The translations under genes were made by a program, and so were the position numbers. A stretch of 58,207 nt of DNA, the filler included, from Malassezia furfur (taxonomy: Eukaryota), in NCBI GenBank assembly GCA_052055015.1. It is 3 parts of 3 records of this genome, joined end to end, with 100 filler letters (N's around TTAATTAATTAA, not from the genome) between each part and the next. Parts side by side here need not be neighbours in the genome. Positions count along the whole stretch, not along the records: positions 1 to 19,379 come from JBQJIT010000190.1; positions 19,480 to 38,807 come from JBQJIT010000191.1; 1 more part is not named here. One strand, given 5' to 3'. Under the pieces are notes generated by a model. It did not search any database. It saw only the letters and a list, made by a program, of their open reading frames with translations, and had not been told where the DNA came from. Shown in pieces: positions 11,553 to 21,124 of the stretch. The number at the start of each line of letters is the position of its first letter. The first letter of the stretch is position 1.

Positions 11553-13002
11553 CTAACAGAGCTCTGGGTGTGCTTTTTTGCACTTGGCCACGATCTTTTT
11601 CACATCCTGGCTGCGTGCGCGCGTCGTGATGAGCAGCGCATCGGGTGTGTCAACGACCACGACGTCGTCCATACCCAGGCACGCGATCTGGCGGCCGGAT
11701 GCCGGCACCACAATGCCGCCGACCTGTCCCTCGGTGATGACCAACGAGGGATCGCCGAGCACACGCGCCTCGTTCTTCTCGGCAGGCAACAGATCCGAGA
11801 GACTGGCAAAGTCACCGACGTCGTCCCAACCAAAGGTAGCGGGAACCACGGCGACCTTGCCGACCCGCGACGCCGGCTCGGCAACCGCGTGGTCGATGGC
11901 AATCTTGGGCAGCTGCGGCCATTGCTCGTTCAGAACCAGCTGGCGGCTCGGCGTGTCCCAAGCGTCGGCGATCGTGTTGAGACCCGCGTAGAGCTCTGGA
12001 ACGTTGGCTTCGAGGAGCGACATGAGCGTCTTGGCCTTGACCACGAACATACCACCGTTCCACCGGTACTCACCGGTACTGAGGTAGGCGCTGGCAGTGC
12101 GTGCGTCCGGCTTCTCCTTGAACTCAAGCACTTTGTGCGCGTTGGGCGCATCCTTCAGTTCCAAACTCTCGCCGAGCTTAATGTAGCCGAACCCAGTGGA
12201 GGGGTGCGAAGGCGCAATGCCAATGGTCACCAGGAAGCCTTCCTTGGCGACGGCCACAGCCTCGCGCACGGCCGACTCAAACGCATCACGACCGGACACA
12301 ATGTGGTCCGCCGCGAACGAGCCGAGCACCGCGTTGGGGTCGCGGCGCATGAGCACCGCCGCGGCGAGACCGATGGCAGCCATCGACTCCTTGGGCGACG
12401 GCTCCGCAAACACGTTGCCGGGAACAAGTTGGGGAAGCTGTTCCGAGACGGCATCGACATGCGCCTTGCCGGTGACTACCATGAAACGCTCCACACCCGA
12501 AAGCGGCAACAAGCGGTCCCACGTGTTTTGGATGAGAGTGCGACCACGGCCAGTGAGGTCGAGCAAGAACTTGGGGCAGCTCTCACGGCTCAGCGGCCAG
12601 AGACGCGTACCCGCTCCACCAGCAGGAACCACAGCCCAAAGTCCAAGGTTCGGGTCCGTGGCCTTCAGCGACACCGGGGACGGCGGCGCGATCTGCGGTG
12701 CGGGGGTGGAAGATGGCGGTGCCGGGCGATTCCGTTCCGGGTGCCAGCTGTTGAGGGAGGACTGGTGCGCAAAATACGTATTGCGCTTCGAGGGCGAAAT
12801 GCTGGGCGAGAACATGGGCAGTGTCGGCGTGGGTGGCTGCTGCATCTCGAGCATGTCGAGACGTTCCGTTACGCGATGCACCTGTTTATTAGCCCAAACA
12901 CGCAAAACCTACATCGCGACGGAGATCCGAGATGCCTGCCAGGATCTGGCTCAACACCGCGTTGTCCTGTGCACCCGAAGTCTGGCTTGATTGGGAAGCC
13001 AT
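11553..13002 (-). CDS. Bacterial ManC-type mannose-1-phosphate guanylyltransferase (31-nt intron 12882-12912)
   Basis: Motifs AGGAGTRLWPLSR..PKF, ADH, GFGYI, FKEKPD, WNGGMF, IAIDHAVAEPA, FGWDDVGD. A 90-nt first exon from ATG 13002 splices in frame. Confidence 0.88.
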
Positions 13003-13417
13003 CGCGACGATGGGGTGGATTCGTGTGTGGGAAGACGAAAGGTACAATACTTCCTAAAGTACACAGATCACTTTATCGACCTGGAATTAATCCATCTTTG
13101 CGTACACGGCCCCCTAATCTGGGCGAAATGCACGCTGATTGGTCCGCGTGGTGTCAATGATAGCACCGCATCGGAGGACACGCGCTGGAACGCTCAGCAC
13201 GTGTGCCACAAGTCCGTACGAACGTGCACCAACAACCACATTCGAATGTACAACCTCTGTATACTGCGCAATGGTGGATTCGTATATATAAAAAAAAAAA
13301 AGGAAGAGCCAATGTCTTTCAACAAGATATAAGAGTGCCGTATGCACAGATTAAAAGAGAGATTTCATGGGTATCCAACATGCGTCAGCTCCAATGCGAT
13401 GCAGGTGTTGTAGTCGT

Positions 13418-14242
13418 TTAGTAGAGGGGCTTGACCGCGTAGCCGTTGCTGACCGAGCTGTAGCTGTGGCAGTTCGAGCTCGAGCCAGGCTTGTGCGGGG
13501 CAGGCGTGTGGTCCTGGCCCTGCCAGAAGGTCGAGCCGTGGTACACACCAGGGAAGTGACCCGGGTCAGCGTCACAGTTCTCAAAGCTGCCAGCCGCGTA
13601 GCGACCAGGCTCGTTGAAGTAGGAGCCCATCTCGTCGTAGATGTGAGGGCAGTACTGAGCCGCGTTGTCGCCCCAGCAGCCACGGATCGAGTACTCGGTC
13701 GCGCTCATGAAGTTGTTCCACTCCTTGAGCTGAACCCAGTTGCCCTCGTTGCCCTTCTGCGAGCGCGTGAACACAAGACCACCGGGCGGGTTGCCCATGC
13801 CCGTCGCACCGTGGGGGTCGAGCTCACCACCCTCGTCGGCGTTGCGGATGTGCATCTTGGTGAAGTCACCCTCACCCGTGACCTGGACGAACGAGTCGGT
13901 CTTGATGAAGTAGGCGCTCTTGAGCGTGCCGTCGGGGATCAGACGGGTGCCGTAGCCCTCCTTGAGACAGTACGACACCATCTTCTCCTCAAAGGCGCCG
14001 ACGGTGTGCTGACCGTACGGAGGAGCAAAGAGACAGAAGTCCTTCACCGAGTTGATGAACACGTTCTGGCAGTACGAGTTCTGGTTCGAGGCACCCCACT
14101 TCTTGCACTGGTTGGTACCAATCTGGCCTTCCTCCCAGGTGTCGGGGAGATCGTAAACGCTGAAGGAAGGCTTGTCAGCAGACACGCCCACCACAGCGAG
14201 GGCAGCCGCGACGAAAGCGAACAGGGACTTGGTCGCGAACAT
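13418..14242 (-). CDS. Secreted MP88/macrophage-activating-glycoprotein-like protein
   Basis: Signal peptide MFATKSLFAFVAAALAVVGVSA; Cys-rich domain with NSVKDFCLFAPP, GYGTRLIPDG, GGELDPHGA, CPHIYDEMG. Confidence 0.75.
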   Translation of the reverse strand: MFATKSLFAFVAAALAVVGVSADKPSFSVYDLPDTWEEGQIGTNQCKKWGASNQNSYCQNVFINSVKDFCLFAPPYGQHTVGAFEEKMVSYCLKEGYGTRLIPDGTLKSAYFIKTDSFVQVTGEGDFTKMHIRNADEGGELDPHGATGMGNPPGGLVFTRSQKGNEGNWVQLKEWNNFMSATEYSIRGCWGDNAAQYCPHIYDEMGSYFNEPGRYAAGSFENCDADPGHFPGVYHGSTFWQGQDHTPAPHKPGSSSNCHSYSSVSNGYAVKPLY

Positions 14243-14933
14243 TCTGTGCAATGTGAAGGCAAGCGGGACCGTACCCGCGACAGCTACGAACGTTGCCTTT
14301 TTAAACAATATCTGACGACCAAGCCAAACAAGGGTGGCCCGTCAGTCACCGGAAACCCGCAGCATGTATGCACACGCAAAGCCGATCTTTTGATACGCTC
14401 AATTCACCGACGATCTACCCTTGTACAACAAAAAGTGATCTGCACCTGTATACGCGCGGTATGTCCATGTTCGGCTGTGCCTGTGCTTAAGCAAATGATA
14501 TAGGCGACCTGAGCGGTTGCGCACGACTTGGGCTGATTTGGCGTGGTTTTTCGCTAATGCCGTACGCGAATTGGCCGGACCAACTTCAAAAAAATGATAC
14601 ATCACGCATAGGCACGCATGCAAAAACAAACAAGAACAAAGGGCACGCGTCCCGTTTGTAAGATTTTGTCACGTGAAACCCACCCGCAATCAGACGGGCC
14701 AAACTAGGAACGCCGTTGGGCCGATGTTGGGACCGCCCTTGTGGAGGATCGACGCGGGCGTGGAGCCCCCTGCCAATCATCCCGGGGAATTAGGCGGGGC
14801 GCAGCGGTCCCCTCTCCTCCTCCCCCCACGTGAAAGAGGTTACGGAATTGCGCGGTGTATCGGCCCCAGGCGGCATGGCACACGCGCAGGGTAGGTGGGT
14901 GCGTGACAGGGTTGTATGACTAGGAAGTAGAGT

Positions 14934-17900
14934 CTACGCAGCCTGCGGCACGTCCGCAGGCGCCAAGGGCGACTCGGTGTCGACATTGTCGTAGAATGCC
15001 GCGCCAGAGGTCGTCTCGGCAATGATGCCGGCGCGGATCACCCAGTCGCCGAACGGCTCGCCATCGAGCCGCTCGCGCGCGTAGCGGGGAATCAGGATCC
15101 CGAGAATCTCGAGGATCTCCTTCTCTTGCACGTTGTCGCGGAAGATCTTGTTGAGGCGCGTGCCATTGCGCGCACCGCCCAAGAGCATTACGTAGGTACC
15201 CGGCGCCTTGCCGACAAAGGCAATCTCGGCGATCCACGGCCGAGCGCATCCGTTCGGGCAGCCGGTCATGCGGAAGGTGATTTCGTCGTCGCGTAGACCG
15301 TTGGCCAGGTAGATGTGCTGCACCTTGTCGACCAGCTTGAAGATGTAGCGCTCCGACTCGGCCATGGCCAGTCCACACGTCGGGAAGGCGACACAGGCGC
15401 TCGCGCTGAGGCGCAGCCCGCTCTGGTTCCAGTTGTCCATCTTGTACTCGCGGAGGTGAGCCTCCACGCGCGGCTTGTCCGCCTCGTCGATGTCCGACAC
15501 GATGATGTGCTGGTTCGGCGTGAGGCGGAAGGTGCCCTTGTGGAACTTGGCGAGCTCGCGCAGGCCCGTGCGGAAGGGGCTGCCCGGCTCGTCGATCACA
15601 CGACCGTTCTCGAGCCAGAGCGTGCAGTGCCACTTGCCACGGAAGTCCTGCTCCCAACCGTAGTCATCGGTGTTGGTGGTGAAGTGGTAGGGCCGGGCGT
15701 CCTCGAGCTTGTAGCCGAGACGGCGCTCGAGCTCGGCACGGAAGTTGTCGGCGCCGCCCCAGTACTTGTCGATGGTGTACTTCAGGCGCGCCTGCTTCCG
15801 GTTCTGCCGGTTGCCCGTGTCGCGTTGGATGAGCATCACCTCGCGACACACTTCGCAGACCTGGTCGAGGCGCAAGAAGCCGATCACGCTGCCGAGGCGC
15901 GGGTAGGTCGCCTTCATCGAGTGCGTCACACCCATACCGCCGCCAACCGCGATGTTGAAGCCGAGCAGCGTCTTCTTCTGCGGGTCGGCAATCGCGATGA
16001 GGCCAATGTCGTTCGCGAACACATCGACATCGTTGCGCGGCGGGACGGCGATCGCGATCTTGAACTTACGCGGGAGATAGTACGGGCCGTAGAGCGGCTC
16101 GTAGTCCTGCACCGCGCCGCCGACGAGCAGCTTGCTCGACGAGTCGGTGCCCTTGTCGAGCCAAATCTCGTGGTAGGCGTTCATGCGCGGGAGCAGGTAC
16201 TCGGAGAGCTTCTTGGCAAAGTCGTACGTTTGCTCGTGCACCTCGCTGAGCTTGGGGTTCGGCGCGCACATCACGTTGCGGTTCACGTCACCACACGCGG
16301 CGATCGTGTCGAGCATGCTCTTGTTGATCGACTGCATCGCACTCTTCAGGTCCTTCTTGAGGATCATGTGGTACTGCACCGTCTGGCGCGTGGTGATCTT
16401 GAGCGACTTGATTCCACCGTAGTCCTCCGTGACGCTGTCGAGCTGCAGCCACTGCTCCGGCGTACACACACCACCGGGCATGCGGACACGGATCATGAAG
16501 CCGTACGCCGGCTCGAGGCCGGCGGCCTTGCGCTCCTCGACCGTGTCGCGGTCGTACTGCATGTACGTGCCGTGGAACTTGGTAAGCTGCGTGTCCGACT
16601 CGGCAATCGCGCCCGTCGACGTGTCGCGCAGGCCCTCGACGATGGTGCCACGCAGGTAGTTGCTCGCGATCTTGATGTTCTCGTTGGTGATCGGCTCCGG
16701 CTCGGCCTCCTTGACCTCGACGTGGTCCACACCGAGCGCCTTCCAGAGCTGCGGCTCCCAGGCCTTGTAGCCGGTCTGCCACCCGTCAGCATCCTGGTCG
16801 TCGCCGAGCCCGAGCGGCACCATGCGCTGCGCACCGAGCTGCGCAAGGCGCTTGTCGAGGTCCTTGGCCGGCTTGTTGTAGAAGCCGGCGTCCTCGGGGC
16901 GCGGCCAGTAGTGGCTGTCGCCCATACCAAACACACCGAAGCGCGTCTCCTCGTCAAAGCTGCTGCCGGGCAGCTTGTTGAGCGCCTTGAACGTCAGCCG
17001 CCCGTTCTGGGGCGGCTCACCCTGCCCGGCCGTCGAGGTGACAAACACCACGTTCTTCTCCGAGGCGAGGTCGTCCAGCGGGAAGTCGTCCATCGCCAGC
17101 ACACGCACGCCAAGGCCTCGCAGCTTCGCGCGCGTCGCGAGGCGGCGCGCCGCCTTCTCTGCACCACCGCCGTCCGAGGCAAACAGCACGAGCAGCGGCG
17201 GGCCCTCGAGCGAGCCAAGCAGGCTGTCGTACGCCTCCTTCGCCTTGCGCTGTTGGTGCGCACGGAGCGCCGTGCCCTGCGACACAGCCAGGTCGTACGG
17301 CAGCTCGGGCTGCGCGTTGGCCAGCAGGCTGAAGTGGTTGTGGCGGTCCAAGAAGCTCTTGAGCTGCTCACGCACACGCACGCTGTCCAGACGGAAGACG
17401 TCGGCGTTGCGCGCCTCGGCGCTCGGGTCCCAGCGGTACAGCGGCCAGTAGCCCGAGTCCACCGCAAGCTTCGTCTCGCGCAGCACATCCAGCGCCGGCG
17501 AGTCGGCGCGGTGGTACGGCACGTACGCGAGCACGATCGAGGGGCCGTCGAAGCGGTCCGCCTCCATCAGCGCGTGGAGCACCTGCGTGTAGTCCGAGTA
17601 GAGCGCGGTGCTGGCGACGTAGGTGTTGCCGTAGTTCATCGCGTACAGACCAATGTCCTTCTTGCGCTGGTGCACGGGCACGCTCTCGCGGCCCGAGTAG
17701 GGCACCGTGTCGAACACGAGCATGTTGACGTTGCGCTGCGACGCAATCACATGGTGCACACCGCCCATGCCCGAGTCGTACGCCCACGCATCGTTGCCGA
17801 TGATCCAGCGGCTCGGCGGCTCGAGGTGCGCCTCGAGCGCGCGCAGCGCCTCGATCTCGCTCGAGACCTTGGCGCCACCCAGCGCGGCGCGCACCGCAGC

Positions 17901-19196
17901 GCTCGCGGCACCGACCTTGGTGGGGTCCGCACGCACGCTGAGCCACTTTTGCAGCGCGTCCACCACGTCCTGCGGCAGCTTGCCGCCGTCGATGGCGGAG
18001 CGCGCCAGCGACACGAGCTCGTCTTCGCGGCGCATCTGCGACAGCACCTTGCCGAACGCAAACTCGGGGCTGCTCGCCGCCGGGTCGCTGTCGTCGCTCG
18101 GGGGGTTGACGACGGCCAGGCGCTCCTTGAAGATCTGGTGCAGCATCTGGTCGTAGCCGCGCTCATGCGCAAGCTCGCGACGCGCCACGGCCTGCGACTT
18201 CGTCGACGCAGATGCCGGGTGCGCACCGCCCAGCACAAACGCGTTCGTCTTGTCGGCCAGCGCCTTTTCGAGCGTCTGCGCCGCGGACGACGCCGACGTG
18301 GCGTCAATGTGGCCGAGCTGGCCGCTCACAAACGTCGCGGGCACCTGGCGGTCTGCAACGTGCTGGAACGCGCTCGCGACATCGATAAACATCGGCGCCA
18401 GGCGCGTCGTGCGCTTACCCGTCTGCTCGAGCACCCCAAGGCGCTCCACCGACGCGGGGATCTGCTGCACGAGCTGCTTGGCACGCAGCGGGCGCACGAC
18501 GTGCACAGACACAATCGGGATCGACGTGGCCGCCTTGGCGAGGGCCTCGACGGGGCCGAGCGCCACAGCGCACGACGTCGCCGACGCCGACGCATTCCAC
18601 ACCTGATACGCTCGCACGTCGTGCTTCACGAGCTTAGACGCCTCGGCGAGCGCCGCGTCGATCGCGGCGTCGTCGCACGGGGCCTCGACGGCGTTGCGGG
18701 GGACACCGTTCAGCGCGTCACTGCTGAGCAGCGAGACGTCGGCGTCGTTCGCGTCGAAAAAGTGAATCACACCCGTCGACGTACGCGCCGCAAGCTCGTG
18801 CGCAGCAAGCGCGTAGTCCTGCGCCTGGGCCGCATTGCTGGCGTAGAACATCGTGAGCCCGCTCTGGCGCAGCAGCAGAACGTCGGCGTGGTCGCCACGC
18901 GTCGCGATATGGAACACCACCGGCGTCTTGGCGAGCGCCGGGAGATGGGGCACGAGACGCAGGAGCGCCGACGGCGATGCCTCGAGGAGCACCGCAACGG
19001 GGCGCTCGGGCGTTGCACGCACCATATTCTGCACGACCGAGCCGACTTCGGCAGCAGCACTCAGCTGCTCCCACACCGGGTTCTCGGCACGCTCCAATGC
19101 ATCATAGGCATTGTTGGGGCCGACGGTGACGACCGCAGGAGCCGCATGGTATGCGATGTGCCACACCGCCGAAACGGACGACACACTCATCTTCAC
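14934..19196 (-). CDS. MET5: Sulfite reductase beta subunit (hemoprotein)
   Basis: PFOR-like region (GNDAWAYD), flavodoxin domain (TSTAGQGEPP), NIR/SIR motifs TKFHGTYMQ, ACGDVNRN, CVAFPTC, TGCPNGCARP. Start is 19196 or ATG 19190. Confidence 0.95.
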   Translation of the reverse strand: MKMSVSSVSAVWHIAYHAAPAVVTVGPNNAYDALERAENPVWEQLSAAAEVGSVVQNMVRATPERPVAVLLEASPSALLRLVPHLPALAKTPVVFHIATRGDHADVLLLRQSGLTMFYASNAAQAQDYALAAHELAARTSTGVIHFFDANDADVSLLSSDALNGVPRNAVEAPCDDAAIDAALAEASKLVKHDVRAYQVWNASASATSCAVALGPVEALAKAATSIPIVSVHVVRPLRAKQLVQQIPASVERLGVLEQTGKRTTRLAPMFIDVASAFQHVADRQVPATFVSGQLGHIDATSASSAAQTLEKALADKTNAFVLGGAHPASASTKSQAVARRELAHERGYDQMLHQIFKERLAVVNPPSDDSDPAASSPEFAFGKVLSQMRREDELVSLARSAIDGGKLPQDVVDALQKWLSVRADPTKVGAASAAVRAALGGAKVSSEIEALRALEAHLEPPSRWIIGNDAWAYDSGMGGVHHVIASQRNVNMLVFDTVPYSGRESVPVHQRKKDIGLYAMNYGNTYVASTALYSDYTQVLHALMEADRFDGPSIVLAYVPYHRADSPALDVLRETKLAVDSGYWPLYRWDPSAEARNADVFRLDSVRVREQLKSFLDRHNHFSLLANAQPELPYDLAVSQGTALRAHQQRKAKEAYDSLLGSLEGPPLLVLFASDGGGAEKAARRLATRAKLRGLGVRVLAMDDFPLDDLASEKNVVFVTSTAGQGEPPQNGRLTFKALNKLPGSSFDEETRFGVFGMGDSHYWPRPEDAGFYNKPAKDLDKRLAQLGAQRMVPLGLGDDQDADGWQTGYKAWEPQLWKALGVDHVEVKEAEPEPITNENIKIASNYLRGTIVEGLRDTSTGAIAESDTQLTKFHGTYMQYDRDTVEERKAAGLEPAYGFMIRVRMPGGVCTPEQWLQLDSVTEDYGGIKSLKITTRQTVQYHMILKKDLKSAMQSINKSMLDTIAACGDVNRNVMCAPNPKLSEVHEQTYDFAKKLSEYLLPRMNAYHEIWLDKGTDSSSKLLVGGAVQDYEPLYGPYYLPRKFKIAIAVPPRNDVDVFANDIGLIAIADPQKKTLLGFNIAVGGGMGVTHSMKATYPRLGSVIGFLRLDQVCEVCREVMLIQRDTGNRQNRKQARLKYTIDKYWGGADNFRAELERRLGYKLEDARPYHFTTNTDDYGWEQDFRGKWHCTLWLENGRVIDEPGSPFRTGLRELAKFHKGTFRLTPNQHIIVSDIDEADKPRVEAHLREYKMDNWNQSGLRLSASACVAFPTCGLAMAESERYIFKLVDKVQHIYLANGLRDDEITFRMTGCPNGCARPWIAEIAFVGKAPGTYVMLLGGARNGTRLNKIFRDNVQEKEILEILGILIPRYARERLDGEPFGDWVIRAGIIAETTSGAAFYDNVDTESPLAPADVPQAA

Positions 19197-19354
19197 AAGC
19201 CGTCGACGACCGTGTGAGAAGAAGATTGTCGTTCGACTTTTTACGCTACAACTGCTACACAGATGCGGCCCACGCTATATTGCGTGCACATTTTGCAGCG
19301 GCCAACGGCGTACGGCGCATTGTGCACTCCGGCTTACGCAAAAGCACGCCATAA

Positions 19355-19361
19355 TCACGTG
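19355..19361. promoter_or_regulatory. TCACGTG Cbf1-type site upstream of MET5
   Basis: Exact match to the Cbf1 consensus known from S. cerevisiae MET promoters, about 160 bp upstream of the gene. Confidence 0.5.
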
Positions 19362-19379
19362 GGCTTGGGTGTGTGGGGG

Positions 19380-19479
19380 NNNNNNNNNNNNNNNNNNNNN
19401 NNNNNNNNNNNNNNNNNNNNNNNTTAATTAATTAANNNNNNNNNNNNNNNNNNNNNNNNNNNNNNNNNNNNNNNNNNNN
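19380..19479. other. Artificial contig linker N44-TTAATTAATTAA-N44
   Basis: 100-bp spacer with stops in all six frames; identical to 38808-38907. Confidence 0.97.
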
Positions 19480-21124
19480 GCCGCCGGGCGCCGCCGAGGG
19501 CGGCGGTGCGGCGGGCTCGTCGGCGTTTGCGCGCACCGTCACGGCGCTCAAGACGCTCGGCGGGTACGCCTCGTCGCCCGCGCACTCGCCGAAGCCGTAC
19601 GCACGCGCAAACGAGCGGCAGGCCGTCACCGTCGCCGCGCCCAAGATGCACGTCGGCGACGCACGCACTACCTACGCGGCGTACGCGTCACCATACGCCG
19701 CGGCGCACGACGCACGCCTCCCTGGCCCGCGCATGCGCCCGTCACAGCACCCGCCGAGCGTCGAAGAGGTGCTGGCGGGCCTCATCGCCGCAGACCTGCA
19801 CAAGCTGCGCACGCGCACCATGCCCGAGGAGAGGCACGGCGCGTCGGGCGCGCTGCGCGCCACGCTCCCGCTCAAGAGCCGGCTGTTTGCGTGGTGCAGC
19901 GAGTACTTTACCGAGCCGCAGATGAAGTCCGCCGAGTCAGACGAGCCGGGCAGTGTGCAGTACAACCAGCAGACGTGGCGGCGGCAGTGCAGCGAGCGGC
20001 ACATCGCCGACGCGATCGACCAGAGCGAGGGCGCCGCCGACGCGCGCTGGACGCAGCTCGTGGGGCGCGTGCACCTCGGCGCGGCGCCGGCGCTGCTCGC
20101 GTTCCACGAATACGAAAACGTGCTCGTCACCGCGAGCGACCACGACGTGGTGTCCGTGTTTGACTGGGAGGAGCACCGCCTGCTCGCGTCGTTCGTCAAC
20201 GGCAACCGCGTGCAGACGGACGTCACGTCGCTCGCGTTCATCAACGAGGAGGTCAACGCGCTGCTCCTCACCGGCTCCGCGGACGGCGACGTGCGCATCT
20301 TCCGCGCATACGACCACGCGGCCTCGCCCGCCCACCCCGACGGCGGGCCGCAGCTCGTGAGCGCCTTCCGCGCGCTGCCGGACCTCGTGCGCAGCAAATA
20401 CCCGAGCGGCCTGCGCGTCGCATGGCAGCAGGTGAGCGGGCGGCTCCTCGCTGCGGGCGACTCGCGCCTCGTGCGCACCTGGGACGCGCACCGCGAGCTG
20501 TGCATCGCCGACATCCCCACGCACGCCAGCAGCTGCGTCACCTCGCTCACCAGCGACGGCGAGCTGGGGCACCTGTTCATGGCGGGCTTCGGCGATGGGT
20601 CGATCGGCGTGTACGACCAGCGCAACCCGCCCGCGTCCGCCCTCGTGCGCCTCTGGGAGGAGCACAACGCCTGGGTGCAGAACGTGCACCTCCAGAAACA
20701 CGGTGCGCGCGAGCTGCTCTCGGCGAGCGTCGACAGCGAGGTCTGCGTGTGGGACCTGCGCGGGAGCCGCTCGCTGACCCGCACCAACCTCACCTCCACG
20801 CTGCGCGACTCGCTCTCGAGCTTCGCGGTGCACGAGCGCGTGCCCGTGTTTGCCGCGGCAGGCACGCCGCACGCCACGGGGCAGTCGTACCTGCAGACCG
20901 TCCAGATGGGCGCCATCGACCAGCTCCAGCCGCTCGGCCGGCCGCTCGAGCGCGCGCTGCACATCCCGGCGCAACACGCGCATTCTGCACACGCGCAGCG
21001 GCCCACGCCGCCGTCGGCGTACGCACCGAGCACCACGCTCGTCGCCTTCCACCCCCAGTACCCCCTGCTTGCGTACGGCGGCACCGACCACGTGCTCGAG
21101 CTACGCCGCTATGTAGGTGTGTAG
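19480..21124 (+). CDS. KOG1: TORC1 subunit Raptor/Kog1, C-terminal WD40 part (5' end lost in gap)
   Basis: LPLKSRLFAWCSEYFTEPQMK..EPGS motif, then WD40 repeats (FINE..ALLLTGSADGDVRIFR, GFGDGSIGVYD). Confidence 0.88.

Noticed and set aside
15315..19217. 1300-aa plus-strand ORF, and similar long antisense ORFs (11568-13160, 20422-23307, 43233-45149, 55890-57131)
   Set aside because: Antisense shadows of high-GC, codon-biased genes; Arg/Val/Leu-rich and without recognisable motifs.
19424..19435. TTAATTAATTAA palindrome repeated at 38852-38863
   Set aside because: Synthetic six-frame-stop linker inside N runs. It is not biological, and gene adjacency across it is unproven.
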